Of a stretch of 64,000 nucleotides of DNA, positions 1 through 10,580 are shown one piece after another. The notes under the pieces are model-generated. The model searched no databases, was not told the DNA's origin, and was given only the letters and a program-made list of their open reading frames with translations. Source of the stretch: a virus. The stretch spans positions 96,001 to 160,000 of IMG/VR virus record IMGVR_UViG_3300047323_000673. The stretch is one strand, 5' to 3'. The first letter of the stretch is position 1. Each line of letters begins with the position of its first letter. Position numbers and translations under genes: made by a program.

Positions 1-533
1 TCTTCACAATGAATATTAAGGTGTTCTTTTACGCCTGGTTTAGAAAATAAATATTTTAAAGATTTCAATTCTCCTGTTACACATGCATAGCAAAGTAAGC
101 TTCCCCCATTTAATATATCAGGATTAAAGTCAGGATGATTTAAACTAAATAAGTAATCTAAAACATTAGTATGTCCCCATTTTGCAGCCACACAACCACA
201 ATAATGTAATTTTCTATCTGTTTCTTTTAAAAATGAAGGATAAGTTTCTATGAAATATTTTACTATATGTAATTGGCCGTTTTCACAAGCTTGTCTTAGT
301 GCATTATCTTTATGTATAAAGAATCCTTTTGGAGTATTAGGTGATTCTAATAATACTTTAACAATTTCTAAATTTCCTTTATAAGCAGCTTTCCCAAGAG
401 TCTCATAAGTAAAGTCATAAGAGGCTCTTTTAATTGTTCCTTGCTCCATAATACTTTTAACATAGGAAAGATCACCTTGTTCACAAGCTTCTATAAATTT
501 TTGAGATGAATATTTAATAATTTTTTTTTCCAT
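1..533 (-). CDS. Ankyrin-repeat protein, partial (3' end beyond left edge); absent from ORF track
   Basis: Manual translation from ATG at 533: MEKKIIKYSSQKFIEACEQGDLSYVKSIM...KAAYKGNLEIVKVLLESP...ALRQACENGQLHIVKYF; open to window edge; ATG 2 nt after the TAA of 536..1006. Confidence 0.9.
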   Translation of the reverse strand, partial: MEKKIIKYSSQKFIEACEQGDLSYVKSIMEQGTIKRASYDFTYETLGKAAYKGNLEIVKVLLESPNTPKGFFIHKDNALRQACENGQLHIVKYFIETYPSFLKETDRKLHYCGCVAAKWGHTNVLDYLFSLNHPDFNPDILNGGSLLCYACVTGELKSLKYLFSKPGVKEHLNIHCE

Positions 534-535
534 AA

Positions 536-1006
536 TTATATTTTTAATTTATTAATTTTATTTTCCTCATTAATAGGTAGTTCAGTAGCTAAAGATTGCT
601 TTAAACCTCTCATTTCAAACATATGATTAATTTTCTGCGCTTCATCTTTATCCATACCTTTTAGGTTCCATTCTAGCTCCCAAGATAAAGGCATATTTAA
701 TTCAGAAATAAAATAGTTGGCAATATCCCAGTTTTTATTTTCAATTACAACCCAAAATATAAAGCCATAATTTGTATTAAAATCATTTAATGCTTGTTTG
801 TTCTCATGTTCTATAAGGTATTTTACAATATCAAGTTTATTATGCATGCAGGCTTCTCTTAAAAGTTCTCTTCCTACATCTTTCAAACCTTCACAAGCAA
901 TAGCAACATCAGTAAAAAAATTTTTTACAATATTTAATTGTCCTCTTGATATAGCTTTAACTAATTTCGCATAAAATGCATGTCTATTATCATTATTTAT
1001 TTCCAT
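536..1006 (-). CDS. Short ankyrin-repeat protein with conserved C-terminal module and basic tail
   Basis: LREACMHNKLDIVKYLI; ends MFEMRGLKQSLATELP...KINKLKI. Confidence 0.8.
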   Translation of the reverse strand: MEINNDNRHAFYAKLVKAISRGQLNIVKNFFTDVAIACEGLKDVGRELLREACMHNKLDIVKYLIEHENKQALNDFNTNYGFIFWVVIENKNWDIANYFISELNMPLSWELEWNLKGMDKDEAQKINHMFEMRGLKQSLATELPINEENKINKLKI

Positions 1007-1007
1007 A

Positions 1008-1823
1008 TTAAACCTTTAATTTTTTATTTATTTGATTGTCTTTATTACTAGGTAATTCTTTTCCTAAAGACTTCTGTAATTCTCTAGTTTCAAACATATG
1101 ATTGATTGATTCAGATCTAGAACGGTTAATTAAGTGTTGCTCTATATTAGAGGTTTTTTCAATATTTAAATTAAAAATTAAATACTTTAGAATATCTGTA
1201 TGATTGTTTTCATAAGCTAACTTAAATAAACAATCATTATCTTTATGAATGTCATATTTTTCTTTTATCCCATCTGTTTCTAGTAAAAATTGTAATACTT
1301 GTATTTGATTATTTTCACATGCTGCATAAAGTATAGAACCTGTGGTGTATTCAAAATCAATAATTTCGCTATAAGTTTCATTAAAGAAAAAATGCTTTAT
1401 AATTGCTAAATGTCCTTTAGAACTAGCTGATATTAAACCTGAAGTGATGGTTTTATTATAATTAAGCGGTTTTTGATTATTGCTAGTTTTCTTTTTATTA
1501 AGTTTTTCTTGAAAAAACTCAACTACTTCTAAGTTTCCACCATCAAAGCCTTTACTTAATAAGTTTTTAAGTGAAAGAGAATTATTTATATTATTGATAA
1601 AATGACTTAATTGAGGAGCATTCCATATTGCTTCACATATATGAAAATGTCCTTTCATTGATGCAAAAATAAGCATTTGCACAGAAAGAGATGGATTTTC
1701 CTTTAAATAATTTTGGTTATTTTCAGAATTGATAAATTCTAAAACAAATTGTAAATCTCCCTCTCTACATGCTTTATGTACATTGTGAGCAAAACGAGTA
1801 TTAGGAGCATAAAATTTAGTCAT
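1008..1823 (-). CDS. Ankyrin-repeat protein, array 1
   Basis: ACREGDL, SASSKGHLAIIK, AACENNQIQVLQFLL; ends YLIFNLNIEKT...MFETRELQKSLGKELP...KKLKV. Confidence 0.9.
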   Translation of the reverse strand: MTKFYAPNTRFAHNVHKACREGDLQFVLEFINSENNQNYLKENPSLSVQMLIFASMKGHFHICEAIWNAPQLSHFINNINNSLSLKNLLSKGFDGGNLEVVEFFQEKLNKKKTSNNQKPLNYNKTITSGLISASSKGHLAIIKHFFFNETYSEIIDFEYTTGSILYAACENNQIQVLQFLLETDGIKEKYDIHKDNDCLFKLAYENNHTDILKYLIFNLNIEKTSNIEQHLINRSRSESINHMFETRELQKSLGKELPSNKDNQINKKLKV

Positions 1824-1824
1824 A

Positions 1825-2583
1825 TTATAATTTAATTTTTTTACTTGCAGTTTGATTGATAATCTTTAAACTTTGTTGAAGTGATTTATTTAACTCTCTT
1901 GAGTTAAACATTTCTTCAGCATAACTATTATTATACCTCATTATAAAATAACTAACATCTTTTGTTTTTGGGATATCTAAATCAAAAATAAGAAATTTAA
2001 GAAGTGCATCATTATTATTTTCGCATGCAAGTTCAAAAGCCTTAGTTCTGTCATTCCAATCATTAAAAACTGAATTTATTAACACACATTTAGCAATATT
2101 AATTGTTTGAGATGAATAAATATTCTTTAAGAAAAAGAAATTGCCAAAAATAGATAAGTAATTATTTTCAGGATCATGTGGGTTTACCAAGGCCATAAAA
2201 AGTGGCACATTATCATTACTTACTGAAATATTAATTTGTTCATCTACAAATGAAGGAAAAGTATAAGATACACAAGGCGCAGGATGATTAACTAAATAAG
2301 AAATAATGGGTAGAGTATTTTCTTTAGGACATTTTAATAATTCTTCTAAAGCAGACTTTATATTTTCTGTACGCTTCATATACTGGTTACAAATATCAGA
2401 ACTTAAAAAGAATTTCACAATATCTAAATGCCCATTTAGGCTAGCAGACATAAGTAATTTTTCAGCAAAGGGATTTGCTCCATACATAAGAAAGTTAGAG
2501 CATACATCTTTTATTAACTCTTTTACATTATCTAAGTCACCAATTTCACAGGCTTTATATATTTTGTTTTCTATAATATTCAT
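1825..2583 (-). CDS. Ankyrin-repeat protein, array 1
   Basis: ACEIGDLDNVK, ASLNGHLDIVKFFL; ends FLIFDLDIPKT...MFNSRELNKSL...KKIKL. Confidence 0.85.
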   Translation of the reverse strand: MNIIENKIYKACEIGDLDNVKELIKDVCSNFLMYGANPFAEKLLMSASLNGHLDIVKFFLSSDICNQYMKRTENIKSALEELLKCPKENTLPIISYLVNHPAPCVSYTFPSFVDEQINISVSNDNVPLFMALVNPHDPENNYLSIFGNFFFLKNIYSSQTINIAKCVLINSVFNDWNDRTKAFELACENNNDALLKFLIFDLDIPKTKDVSYFIMRYNNSYAEEMFNSRELNKSLQQSLKIINQTASKKIKL

Positions 2584-3323
2584 TATATTTTAATCTTTTT
2601 AATGTTTTTTGTATTATCGTCTAATTCTTGATGGAGAGAAGCATTTAAATCTCTTGAATTAAACATTTTTAGAATTTGTGGATCATTTTTTATGTGGGCA
2701 ATAATATCTTGTGTTTTTTCTATGTTTAAATTAAAAATAAAATATTTTAAAACATCTAATTGGTTATCATCATAAATAACTTTAAAAGCTTCATCATTAT
2801 ATAAATGAATATCAATATAATCTTTTATTTCATCGTTAGTAAAAAGGTAATCAACGATATTTAAGTGACCATTTCTAGAGGCTTTAATAAGTATGTCACC
2901 TTGTTTTATATTATCCATTAAACCAGAATCATTTGGAAAATTTTCAACAAGATATTTAAACATATCTAGCCTGCCATAGCTTGCAACATATCTAGGAAGC
3001 TTGTCCATAAAGTCATTACCTTTATTTTTAATTAATGCAGGATGATCTAGCATAAATTTTAAAATATCAAATCTATCATAAATACAGACTTGTTGTGCAT
3101 ATGTATCTAAATGATATCTATCAAAATTTTCTTCATTTTTAAAAGATGAATTCCAAAGAAGTTTTAAAATATCTAGGTGGCCTCCTTTTATGGCATTTAT
3201 AGTCATAATATAGGAAGATATTTGATTATTAGATTTAGCCTCATCAGAATTTAAGAAATTTTGAATAATTTCAAAATCACCTTTTTCACAAGCTTCATAT
3301 ATAGTTAGAGGTTCAGTATTCAT
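2583..3323 (-). CDS. Ankyrin-repeat protein, array 1 (start moved from 3362 to 3323)
   Basis: MNTEPLTIYEACEKGD; ATG 1 nt after upstream TAA; ASRNGHLNIVDYLF; tail KKIKI. Confidence 0.88.
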   Translation of the reverse strand: MNTEPLTIYEACEKGDFEIIQNFLNSDEAKSNNQISSYIMTINAIKGGHLDILKLLWNSSFKNEENFDRYHLDTYAQQVCIYDRFDILKFMLDHPALIKNKGNDFMDKLPRYVASYGRLDMFKYLVENFPNDSGLMDNIKQGDILIKASRNGHLNIVDYLFTNDEIKDYIDIHLYNDEAFKVIYDDNQLDVLKYFIFNLNIEKTQDIIAHIKNDPQILKMFNSRDLNASLHQELDDNTKNIKKIKI

Positions 3324-3324
3324 A

Positions 3325-4050
3325 TTATATTTTAATTGTTTTAGATTTCGCCTGATTGTCATTTAATTCTTCATTAAGAGAATTGTTTAAATCTCTTATA
3401 TCAAATAGTTTTTTTAGTTCTGGCTCGTTTCGCATATATTCTTCTAAAAAAGGAGTTTTTTCAATTTGCAAATCAAACACTAAATAATTTAATATATCAA
3501 AATGATTATTTTTATAAGCTGCTCTTATTGTTACATCTTTATTAACATGAATATCTACATATTTTTTTAAATTTTCTGTATTAAGAACATACCTAATAAC
3601 ATCTATATGTCCGCAAGAAGCAGCATTACTAATTATTTCACCATTTGTTAATTTTGTTTTTATAATTTTATTATCTAAAAATTTATTGAATAGGTATTCA
3701 AATATTTCTAAACTGCCATTTTTAGAAGCATCTATACAAGCTTGTCCAAGAAAATCGTCAGCTAATAATTTTGGATGGGTTAATAAAAGATTTAACATAT
3801 CTACTTTTATATCATTACAAACGATTTGAATACATCCTTTCATATTAATATCATCAAATAATTCATCATTATTTTCTAATTGATTAAAAAGATAATCTAG
3901 CATTTCAAACTGACTACCTTTGATAGCAAATAAAGGTAAAAGACTAATTGATATTTTAATGTCATTGTTATCATTATTGAAAAAATCTTTAATTGTTTCC
4001 AAATCACCAGCTTCACATGCATTATATATATCGATAGCACGAGTATCCAT
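3325..4050 (-). CDS. Ankyrin-repeat protein, array 1
   Basis: ACEAGDL, ASKNGSLEIFEYL, AASCGHIDVIRYVL; tail KTIKI. Confidence 0.88.
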   Translation of the reverse strand: MDTRAIDIYNACEAGDLETIKDFFNNDNNDIKISISLLPLFAIKGSQFEMLDYLFNQLENNDELFDDINMKGCIQIVCNDIKVDMLNLLLTHPKLLADDFLGQACIDASKNGSLEIFEYLFNKFLDNKIIKTKLTNGEIISNAASCGHIDVIRYVLNTENLKKYVDIHVNKDVTIRAAYKNNHFDILNYLVFDLQIEKTPFLEEYMRNEPELKKLFDIRDLNNSLNEELNDNQAKSKTIKI

Positions 4051-4054
4051 AATT

Positions 4055-4840
4055 TTAAACTTTCACTTTCTTACTACTAATTTGATTTGACCCCAATTCA
4101 TTATTGAGTTCTTTATTTAATTCTCTAGCTTGAAACATTTTTTCTGCATTTTCATAATTATCTTGAGCGATAAATCTTTTTATTTCTTGTGTTTTTTCAA
4201 TATTATATTCAAATATAATAAATTTTAAAAGTTCATCATTCCCATAAAAACAAGCATCTTTAAATCCAATTTCAGGATCAAAAAGAGGGAATAATTGAGG
4301 TGTAGAATAAAGATATTTAAGTACTTGAGGATCTTCATTGCGACAACCTTCTTCAAATAATTTGGTATTATTTAACATAACTTTAGCTTGTTCAGGGTAA
4401 TTGTCTGCATTTAATAAGATTTTAAAAAGCACAAGGTTGTCATTTCTAGCAGAATTTTGTAAATACCAACCTAAAGATGTATAAAAATTTTTAGAGTGAA
4501 CTAATCTAGATTCATTGAGAATATATGAAATTATTGGGTATAGCTTTAATTCATTATTCACTAAAATATCTTCCAAAAGGACATCAAATGTTTGATTAAC
4601 AATATTTTCAGTGTTAATTTTTTCTAAAAAATATGGTGTTTCTATAAGAAATTCAATAATATTTAAATGTCCAAATAAACAAGTATTCTGAAAAATTTTT
4701 TTAGCACTTTCATATTCAATATGATATTCATTATTAAAAGAAATTTGAGGCAAAAGTTCTTTAACTTTATCTAAAGAGTTATTTTCACATGCACTTATAA
4801 TTGATTGAACTAATTCTTTTTGAATTTTATTATTACTCAT
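4055..4840 (-). CDS. Ankyrin-repeat protein, first gene of array 1 (start likely 4840)
   Basis: GAGG RBS before MSNNK; ACENNSLDKVK, TCLFGHLNIIEFL; tail KKVKV. Confidence 0.85.
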   Translation of the reverse strand: MSNNKIQKELVQSIISACENNSLDKVKELLPQISFNNEYHIEYESAKKIFQNTCLFGHLNIIEFLIETPYFLEKINTENIVNQTFDVLLEDILVNNELKLYPIISYILNESRLVHSKNFYTSLGWYLQNSARNDNLVLFKILLNADNYPEQAKVMLNNTKLFEEGCRNEDPQVLKYLYSTPQLFPLFDPEIGFKDACFYGNDELLKFIIFEYNIEKTQEIKRFIAQDNYENAEKMFQARELNKELNNELGSNQISSKKVKV

Positions 4841-4987
4841 ATTTTTCCTCATTTATAACTATATTTTATCAGATTTAATTCAATAAACAATAATCTATAA
4901 AAGTGCTGAATTACTATAAAAATTAATGGATATAATCTCACTTTTGAGTTAAAATAGTCATAATTAAATTTAAAGTATGGAGTAAAC

Positions 4988-6748
4988 ATGGCAATTTTCA
5001 AAGATGATGGAAGTTCGTTTTCTGTTACAACGAAAGAAATTATGAAAACTATTGAGGAGCTTTTTGATGAAGGTCAATATGCTGAGATGTTCCAAAAAGC
5101 TGGCTTTAAGAATAGCAATAGTAAAAATAAAAAAGAAGCACTAACTACATTTTATCAATTAATTGAAAATGCTGCTATTAATAAAATGGTAAAGGAGAAT
5201 ACCATTGATGATTTCTTTAATGCATTAAATAATTTTTTAGATAATCGTAGTTTTACTGATAGTGAAAAAACTAATTTTTTTAATGGTTGTCAAAATCAAC
5301 TTATCAAAGCAGCATTAAATGCAAACAGATTTGATATCACAAACAAGATAAATATTTATAGGGAAAATAAAGATGTTTCCACTTTTTGCAAATATATTGC
5401 GGGTAAAGCTGAAAAAGAAAATTTTGAAGCTATTGAGCAACTTTTGGAAATTAGCACTGGAATAACCCGTAATAATAGTGAAATTTTGCGTCTTATTTTT
5501 AATAGTGGTGTAAGAAATTATGATTTTTTTACAAAGATAATTAAAAAACATAATTTGGATATTAATGGAGTTGGGACAGTTTCAGAAAGTCAATATCAAA
5601 CATCTTTTGCTCATTTGCTTGCCGGTACTGATGGAACAATGGCAACAAAAATGTTTCATAATTTTATTAAAGATTTCAATAATACAATTAATTTTGATAT
5701 TGAAACTATCAGTGAATATAAGTCTAGATTGAATTTATTTGAAGTTATTTTTGGCTCTGCATTGAGTAAAGTTGAAAAACTCGATAGAATTCAAATAATT
5801 CTAGAATATTGTAATATTTCTGTTAAACATATTGGATATATTAATGATATATTAATTAATAAAATTGATTATTATTCAGAATATTATGATCATAAAGTTT
5901 ATGATGCATTATTTGCTCATGAAAACTTTAATTCAGATTTCTTTGACCGAGAAGCAATTTTGAACAAAATTGTTAAAAATGATACTCATAAAGCAATTGT
6001 TAGTACTCGTAGGAATAATAACAATACGGTGAATCCTACAAGTCTTATGTTAAATAAGATGTTTAAATATTCAAAGCCTGCTGTATTTATGAATAAACAT
6101 CCTTTCATTACTTGGATTGAAATTCAAAATGAAAATTTTTGTAAAGATACATTAAAAAGTTTGGTAAATCATTATGGTGATGATTTACTAAATCTAGAAT
6201 TGCGTCATGTGCAAATAAATTATCATGTTAAAAGTGCATTTGAGGATATGGGCTTTATTTATCCTAAAAACCCTAGTTGGAGAGTAATGTGGGGTCGTGA
6301 TAATGAAAAGAAAAAAATGCGTTTAATTCGTATTGGTCAACATCAAACTAAAGAAGATGTTATTATTGAAGATAAAAAGGAGGATATAAAACCTATAGAT
6401 AATTTTTCTATTGCTTTATTAGAACAAGTTAAAGATTTAGACATTAAAAAACTAATTGAGTCAGTTCATTTTAATTATCAACAATATCACACTCTAGGTC
6501 GTAATCGCATGATGGATGATAATGTGCATTATATGACTGAATTACTACCTAAGTTTTTGAAAACAACAATCGATAATTATCTACACTTCTCAATGCTTGA
6601 TGCTGATTATGCTAAAGAGGAAGCTCTTGTTCAATTAAAGCTTTTAAATAGAAAAGCATTTTCAATTTTGAAAGATGAGCTAGAGAATGAGCAGAAAGAT
6701 ATGGAATATAAAAATGCTGTTCATACAAAAGTGATCAATAATTATTAA
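4988..6748 (+). CDS. Large helical protein, paralog of 16685..18379, with XpaC-like C-terminal helices
   Basis: Shared blocks with 16685 (FLNGC[EQ]N, L.INxxG, YDALFAH..FN, NPTS..L.K.F, HPFI.WI, TTI[DE]NY); C-terminus resembles 44581..45222. Confidence 0.75.
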   Translation: MAIFKDDGSSFSVTTKEIMKTIEELFDEGQYAEMFQKAGFKNSNSKNKKEALTTFYQLIENAAINKMVKENTIDDFFNALNNFLDNRSFTDSEKTNFFNGCQNQLIKAALNANRFDITNKINIYRENKDVSTFCKYIAGKAEKENFEAIEQLLEISTGITRNNSEILRLIFNSGVRNYDFFTKIIKKHNLDINGVGTVSESQYQTSFAHLLAGTDGTMATKMFHNFIKDFNNTINFDIETISEYKSRLNLFEVIFGSALSKVEKLDRIQIILEYCNISVKHIGYINDILINKIDYYSEYYDHKVYDALFAHENFNSDFFDREAILNKIVKNDTHKAIVSTRRNNNNTVNPTSLMLNKMFKYSKPAVFMNKHPFITWIEIQNENFCKDTLKSLVNHYGDDLLNLELRHVQINYHVKSAFEDMGFIYPKNPSWRVMWGRDNEKKKMRLIRIGQHQTKEDVIIEDKKEDIKPIDNFSIALLEQVKDLDIKKLIESVHFNYQQYHTLGRNRMMDDNVHYMTELLPKFLKTTIDNYLHFSMLDADYAKEEALVQLKLLNRKAFSILKDELENEQKDMEYKNAVHTKVINNY

Positions 6749-6760
6749 TTTGTTTAAAAG

Positions 6761-6787
6761 AAAAAGCCCAAACTATGGGCTTTTTTT
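6761..6787. terminator. Bidirectional Rho-independent terminator
   Basis: AAAAAGCCCA-aacta-TGGGCTTTTTTT between convergent genes. Confidence 0.85.
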
Positions 6788-6788
6788 A

Positions 6789-7565
6789 TTAAATTTTATT
6801 CTTTTTAATTGTAGGATTATTTGTAGTTGATAATTCATTTTGGATTTCATCTTTCAACATTAATTTACAAACGAAATGTAATTTTTCATCATTTGGTTCT
6901 GTCAAAGATTTAACGAATTTTTTAATAAATTCAGAATCTCTTATATTACTCAATTTAGAATATACAATCATTGCTGTTTCAAATTGATTATTATTACAAG
7001 AGGCTATAAAGCTAGCTTCTATTAATTTTGTAGGAATTTCTACAGGAGTTGATAACAAATAGTTTATTAATGCATTATTTCCATCTTTGGATGCGGTAAT
7101 TAAGCCATGTTCATTAAAGGTATTCAATAACTCTTCTTTGTGTGTTGAATAAATTGCATACACTTGAGAAAAATAGGATGTTGGGTCTTCTTTAATTATT
7201 GAATATTCATCTATAATGGAAGAATTAGTCATCATATGTTTTGATAAATTAAAAGAATTATCTAATATTTGTAATCTTTCTATGGATTTAGAAGAACATA
7301 TGGAATTAAATAATTTTTCCAACATAAAATCAGGAATTTTTATTTTTTCTTTTTTAAAAAACTCACAAAGAAGATCGAAAACTGCTAACTCCCTTAAGTT
7401 AGCAGCAGAAATTAATCCTAGAAAAAGGCAATCAGTACTTAAATATTCTTTGACATTTTTTCTATTTAATATTTGCTGCACATCATCTACACAATTGGTG
7501 TGAATCATATCTAAGAAAGCTGATGGAAAGTCTTTTGGTTTTATTTTTGATGTATTTAAATTCAT
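6789..7565 (-). CDS. Degenerate ankyrin-like protein with basic tail
   Basis: GLITASKDGNNALINYLL, FIASCNNNQFETAM; ends EIQNELSTTNNPTIKKNKI. Confidence 0.7.
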   Translation of the reverse strand: MNLNTSKIKPKDFPSAFLDMIHTNCVDDVQQILNRKNVKEYLSTDCLFLGLISAANLRELAVFDLLCEFFKKEKIKIPDFMLEKLFNSICSSKSIERLQILDNSFNLSKHMMTNSSIIDEYSIIKEDPTSYFSQVYAIYSTHKEELLNTFNEHGLITASKDGNNALINYLLSTPVEIPTKLIEASFIASCNNNQFETAMIVYSKLSNIRDSEFIKKFVKSLTEPNDEKLHFVCKLMLKDEIQNELSTTNNPTIKKNKI

Positions 7566-7712
7566 AATATTTTTTTTGTTATAAAAGTAGTATAAACGAA
7601 AGATTAAATGGTTTCTAGTTATTTATTCTAAAAATAAATTTAATTAAAATAATCATGAGCTTAAAAGTAGTGTATAATAACTCTATTATTAAAACATGTT
7701 GAGGAGTTAATT

Positions 7713-8324
7713 ATGGGTGCCTGTTATGTTGATCAAACCTTTGAAGCTAGTGATGTAGCAACTCTTAAAAATAATTTTTCAACTTATGCAGAACAAGAAA
7801 GCTTTGAACATGGTCATGGTGGTTATTCGGGAACTCTAAGCCACGGAATTCGTGTTATTGAAAAAACATTTAAAGATATTAGTGAAGCTAATGATTGGGT
7901 CGAGCAAAATTGCCGTAAATGGGAACCAGCATTAGCTGTTAAAGTTGGTGATTTTAATAAATCATTTCACAGCACTGCTAAAGGAAGCAAAGCAATTGCA
8001 CAAGTTAATGAACTTTATAAAAAATTAGAAAATTTTGATAAAGATTTACTCAACAAAATTGCTACTCAAAAATCACTATTTAAAACCTGTAATAATTGTA
8101 GTAGTAAAATCAGTGTAAAGCATTTTGTAAAAGGAAATAGTACTGCTTGTCCAGTATGTCAAAAAGAATTTGTTAAATCTGCTAAAGATGTTGAAAAGAA
8201 AAGCTCTCTATTTGCTACTTGGTCTACTAAACAAAAAGAACTTGAAGTAATGAAACAAGAATATAATAAAAAGCTAGGTGATAAAAAGCCTTGTTGGTAT
8301 GTCGGTGGTTTGGCTTCAACTTAA
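7713..8324 (+). CDS. Hypothetical protein with CxxC...CxxC zinc ribbon
   Basis: GAGG RBS; KTCNNCSS...ACPVCQK; N-terminal EHGHGGYSGTL. Confidence 0.75.
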   Translation: MGACYVDQTFEASDVATLKNNFSTYAEQESFEHGHGGYSGTLSHGIRVIEKTFKDISEANDWVEQNCRKWEPALAVKVGDFNKSFHSTAKGSKAIAQVNELYKKLENFDKDLLNKIATQKSLFKTCNNCSSKISVKHFVKGNSTACPVCQKEFVKSAKDVEKKSSLFATWSTKQKELEVMKQEYNKKLGDKKPCWYVGGLAST

Positions 8325-8346
8325 GTAATCAAGAAATAATATAAAG

Positions 8347-8373
8347 AAAAGGATGGTTTGACCATCCTTTTTT
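8347..8373. terminator. Bidirectional terminator
   Basis: AAAAGGATGG-tttga-CCATCCTTTTTT. Confidence 0.85.
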
Positions 8374-8375
8374 AT

Positions 8376-9452
8376 TTAAAGTTTAATTTTCTTTTTAGGA
8401 ACAGCATTTGTAGATAAAGTATTTTGCAACATATGATGATTAACTCTAATTTGTAAGCTGTCTTCTTGAATATGAGTTAAAAGTTGTTCTTTTTTAATAA
8501 CATCTGTAATAAGAAAATATGATAATAATTGAGGTTCAAATTTTAACCCTAAGGCTAATGTTTTCCCACAATCAATAAAATTAATGTTATAATCAATAAG
8601 TTTCATTAATTTATTTCTATCAAGTGTAACTTTAGTAAATGGAATTTTATTGAAAGTAATATATTCTTCTTGTAGTTTGAAATATTCTGAAATGATTTCT
8701 GAAGTTTTATTAATTCCCCAATTATCTATTAAAATATTTAAATCATCTTCTTTGGGTAAATGTAATTTTAATTCAATTATTATACTTTCTGGACTACCAC
8801 CAAAATCATAAACTTGTTTATTATGCTTATATAATAAATTACTAAACAATAAGCCTTTAGAGGATTTTTTTGTCTCTTCAGATTTTGCTGAATCAATAAT
8901 AAAATTTTTAAAATTTTCTTTATCTTTTTCTAAAAAAACTAAAGTATGCAATATATTACAATTATGTTCATAAAAGTGCTTTAAATTATCAATATTAATT
9001 TTATGATCTAATTTATTAGAAAAATAATATTTAGAAGAGTAATCACGACTATATAAGCTAATATTGTTTTTATTAAGATCAAAGATTGATTCAAAATAAT
9101 CAGTTCCATAAAAATCAAGTAAAATATCATGACATTTATTTTTATTTTGTAATGAAATAAAATCCCATTTTTTGGGTGGAATAGTTTTAAATTGTTCTTC
9201 GTATCTAGTAAGAACTTCTTTAAATAAATTATCAGCATCTTTCTCCAAAGTTAATAGGTCTACAATGGAATGACCTTTAGAATCTTTATGAAATCCATTA
9301 TTAGCAAATAACAAGTATTCAAAACTCATGCTTTCATAAATTCTATCTTCCTTAAAATGCTCAATAAGCTTATCAAGCGTCATTGCATTAGCATGAAAGA
9401 AAGAAAATGTGGTAATTAATCCATGAAAATTTAAATCTGGTTGTACATTCAT
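8376..9452 (-). CDS. Uncharacterised family B member 4 (~360 aa, basic tail)
   Basis: Shared LP..EDL.ILI..WG..KTS..IS.Y...Q.EY and LA.GLK motifs; tail KKKIKL. Confidence 0.8.
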   Translation of the reverse strand: MNVQPDLNFHGLITTFSFFHANAMTLDKLIEHFKEDRIYESMSFEYLLFANNGFHKDSKGHSIVDLLTLEKDADNLFKEVLTRYEEQFKTIPPKKWDFISLQNKNKCHDILLDFYGTDYFESIFDLNKNNISLYSRDYSSKYYFSNKLDHKINIDNLKHFYEHNCNILHTLVFLEKDKENFKNFIIDSAKSEETKKSSKGLLFSNLLYKHNKQVYDFGGSPESIIIELKLHLPKEDDLNILIDNWGINKTSEIISEYFKLQEEYITFNKIPFTKVTLDRNKLMKLIDYNINFIDCGKTLALGLKFEPQLLSYFLITDVIKKEQLLTHIQEDSLQIRVNHHMLQNTLSTNAVPKKKIKL

Positions 9453-9455
9453 TTT

Positions 9456-10568
9456 TTATAGTTTCACTTTTTTCTTAGGTAAATCAATTTTTTTATCTAG
9501 ACTCAGATCTAACATATAATGTTCGGCCTTAATTTTTAATTCACTATCATTAATATTTATTAAAAGATCGTCTTTTTTAATAATATCATTAATAATAAGA
9601 TAAGACATAATCTCTGACTCATCTCTTAATCCAAAGGCAAGTGATTTTCCACAATTATTAAAATTAATCCCAGCATTAATAAGAGATTTCATTATTTCTC
9701 TTTCAAACTTAAATGGGTAATCATTATTATCATTAAAAGACAATATATATTCATTTTGAAAATTAATAAAGTCTGAAATTACTTTTGAAGCTTTTTCATT
9801 GCCCCATTTTGCAACTAATATATTAAATTCTTTTTCATTTGGTAAAAAAATGCTCACATAATGATTTATGGAACGAACACTATAATGTTTTAGCATTAAG
9901 TTTTCAAAATTAAAATCATTAGAAGTAATTAATGCTAAATCTCCTAAATTATCGGATGATTTATTATCAAACATAAATTTTTTAAAACCTTCAGTATCAG
10001 CTTCAAAGAAATTTAATAGATGAAGCATAGGTTTAGTAAGCATCTTATTAAAAAGCTTCATATTATCTATTTTATAAAAATAATCTAACTTATCTTGTAA
10101 ATAATATTTAGTAAAATGCTCTACAGAATAATAAAGAACATTTTTTTTCATATCTACAATTTTATCCATAACATTCTTACCATAAAATTTTGTCAAAGAA
10201 TTATGGCATTCATTTGGATTAACCCATATCATGAATCCCCATTCATTTGGTAAAAAATTTTTAAGTTGATCTTGATATTTTTCTAATATACTAGAAAACA
10301 ATGGATGGTTACTCTCATCATTAACCATGTAAAGTAATAAATTAAAACCTCTTTCATCTGGTTTGAATAAAACATCAATTAAATCAATATTAGATTCAGC
10401 ATTACATCTTTTAAGCATTGTATGAATTTTTGATTCAAACTCATTTAATGACAATTTAAATAAATCTTGATTAGAAGCATAAGTAGTTAATGTCTCTATG
10501 GTTTTTGTGTCAATTGATAAATTACTATATGTTGGTAGCAATGAGATTGCTTTATTATTTAAATCCAT
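9456..10568 (-). CDS. Uncharacterised family B member 3
   Basis: LPNEKEFNILVAKWGNEKASKVISDF; tail KKKVKL. Confidence 0.8.
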   Translation of the reverse strand: MDLNNKAISLLPTYSNLSIDTKTIETLTTYASNQDLFKLSLNEFESKIHTMLKRCNAESNIDLIDVLFKPDERGFNLLLYMVNDESNHPLFSSILEKYQDQLKNFLPNEWGFMIWVNPNECHNSLTKFYGKNVMDKIVDMKKNVLYYSVEHFTKYYLQDKLDYFYKIDNMKLFNKMLTKPMLHLLNFFEADTEGFKKFMFDNKSSDNLGDLALITSNDFNFENLMLKHYSVRSINHYVSIFLPNEKEFNILVAKWGNEKASKVISDFINFQNEYILSFNDNNDYPFKFEREIMKSLINAGINFNNCGKSLAFGLRDESEIMSYLIINDIIKKDDLLININDSELKIKAEHYMLDLSLDKKIDLPKKKVKL

Positions 10569-10580
10569 TTTTAAATCCTA

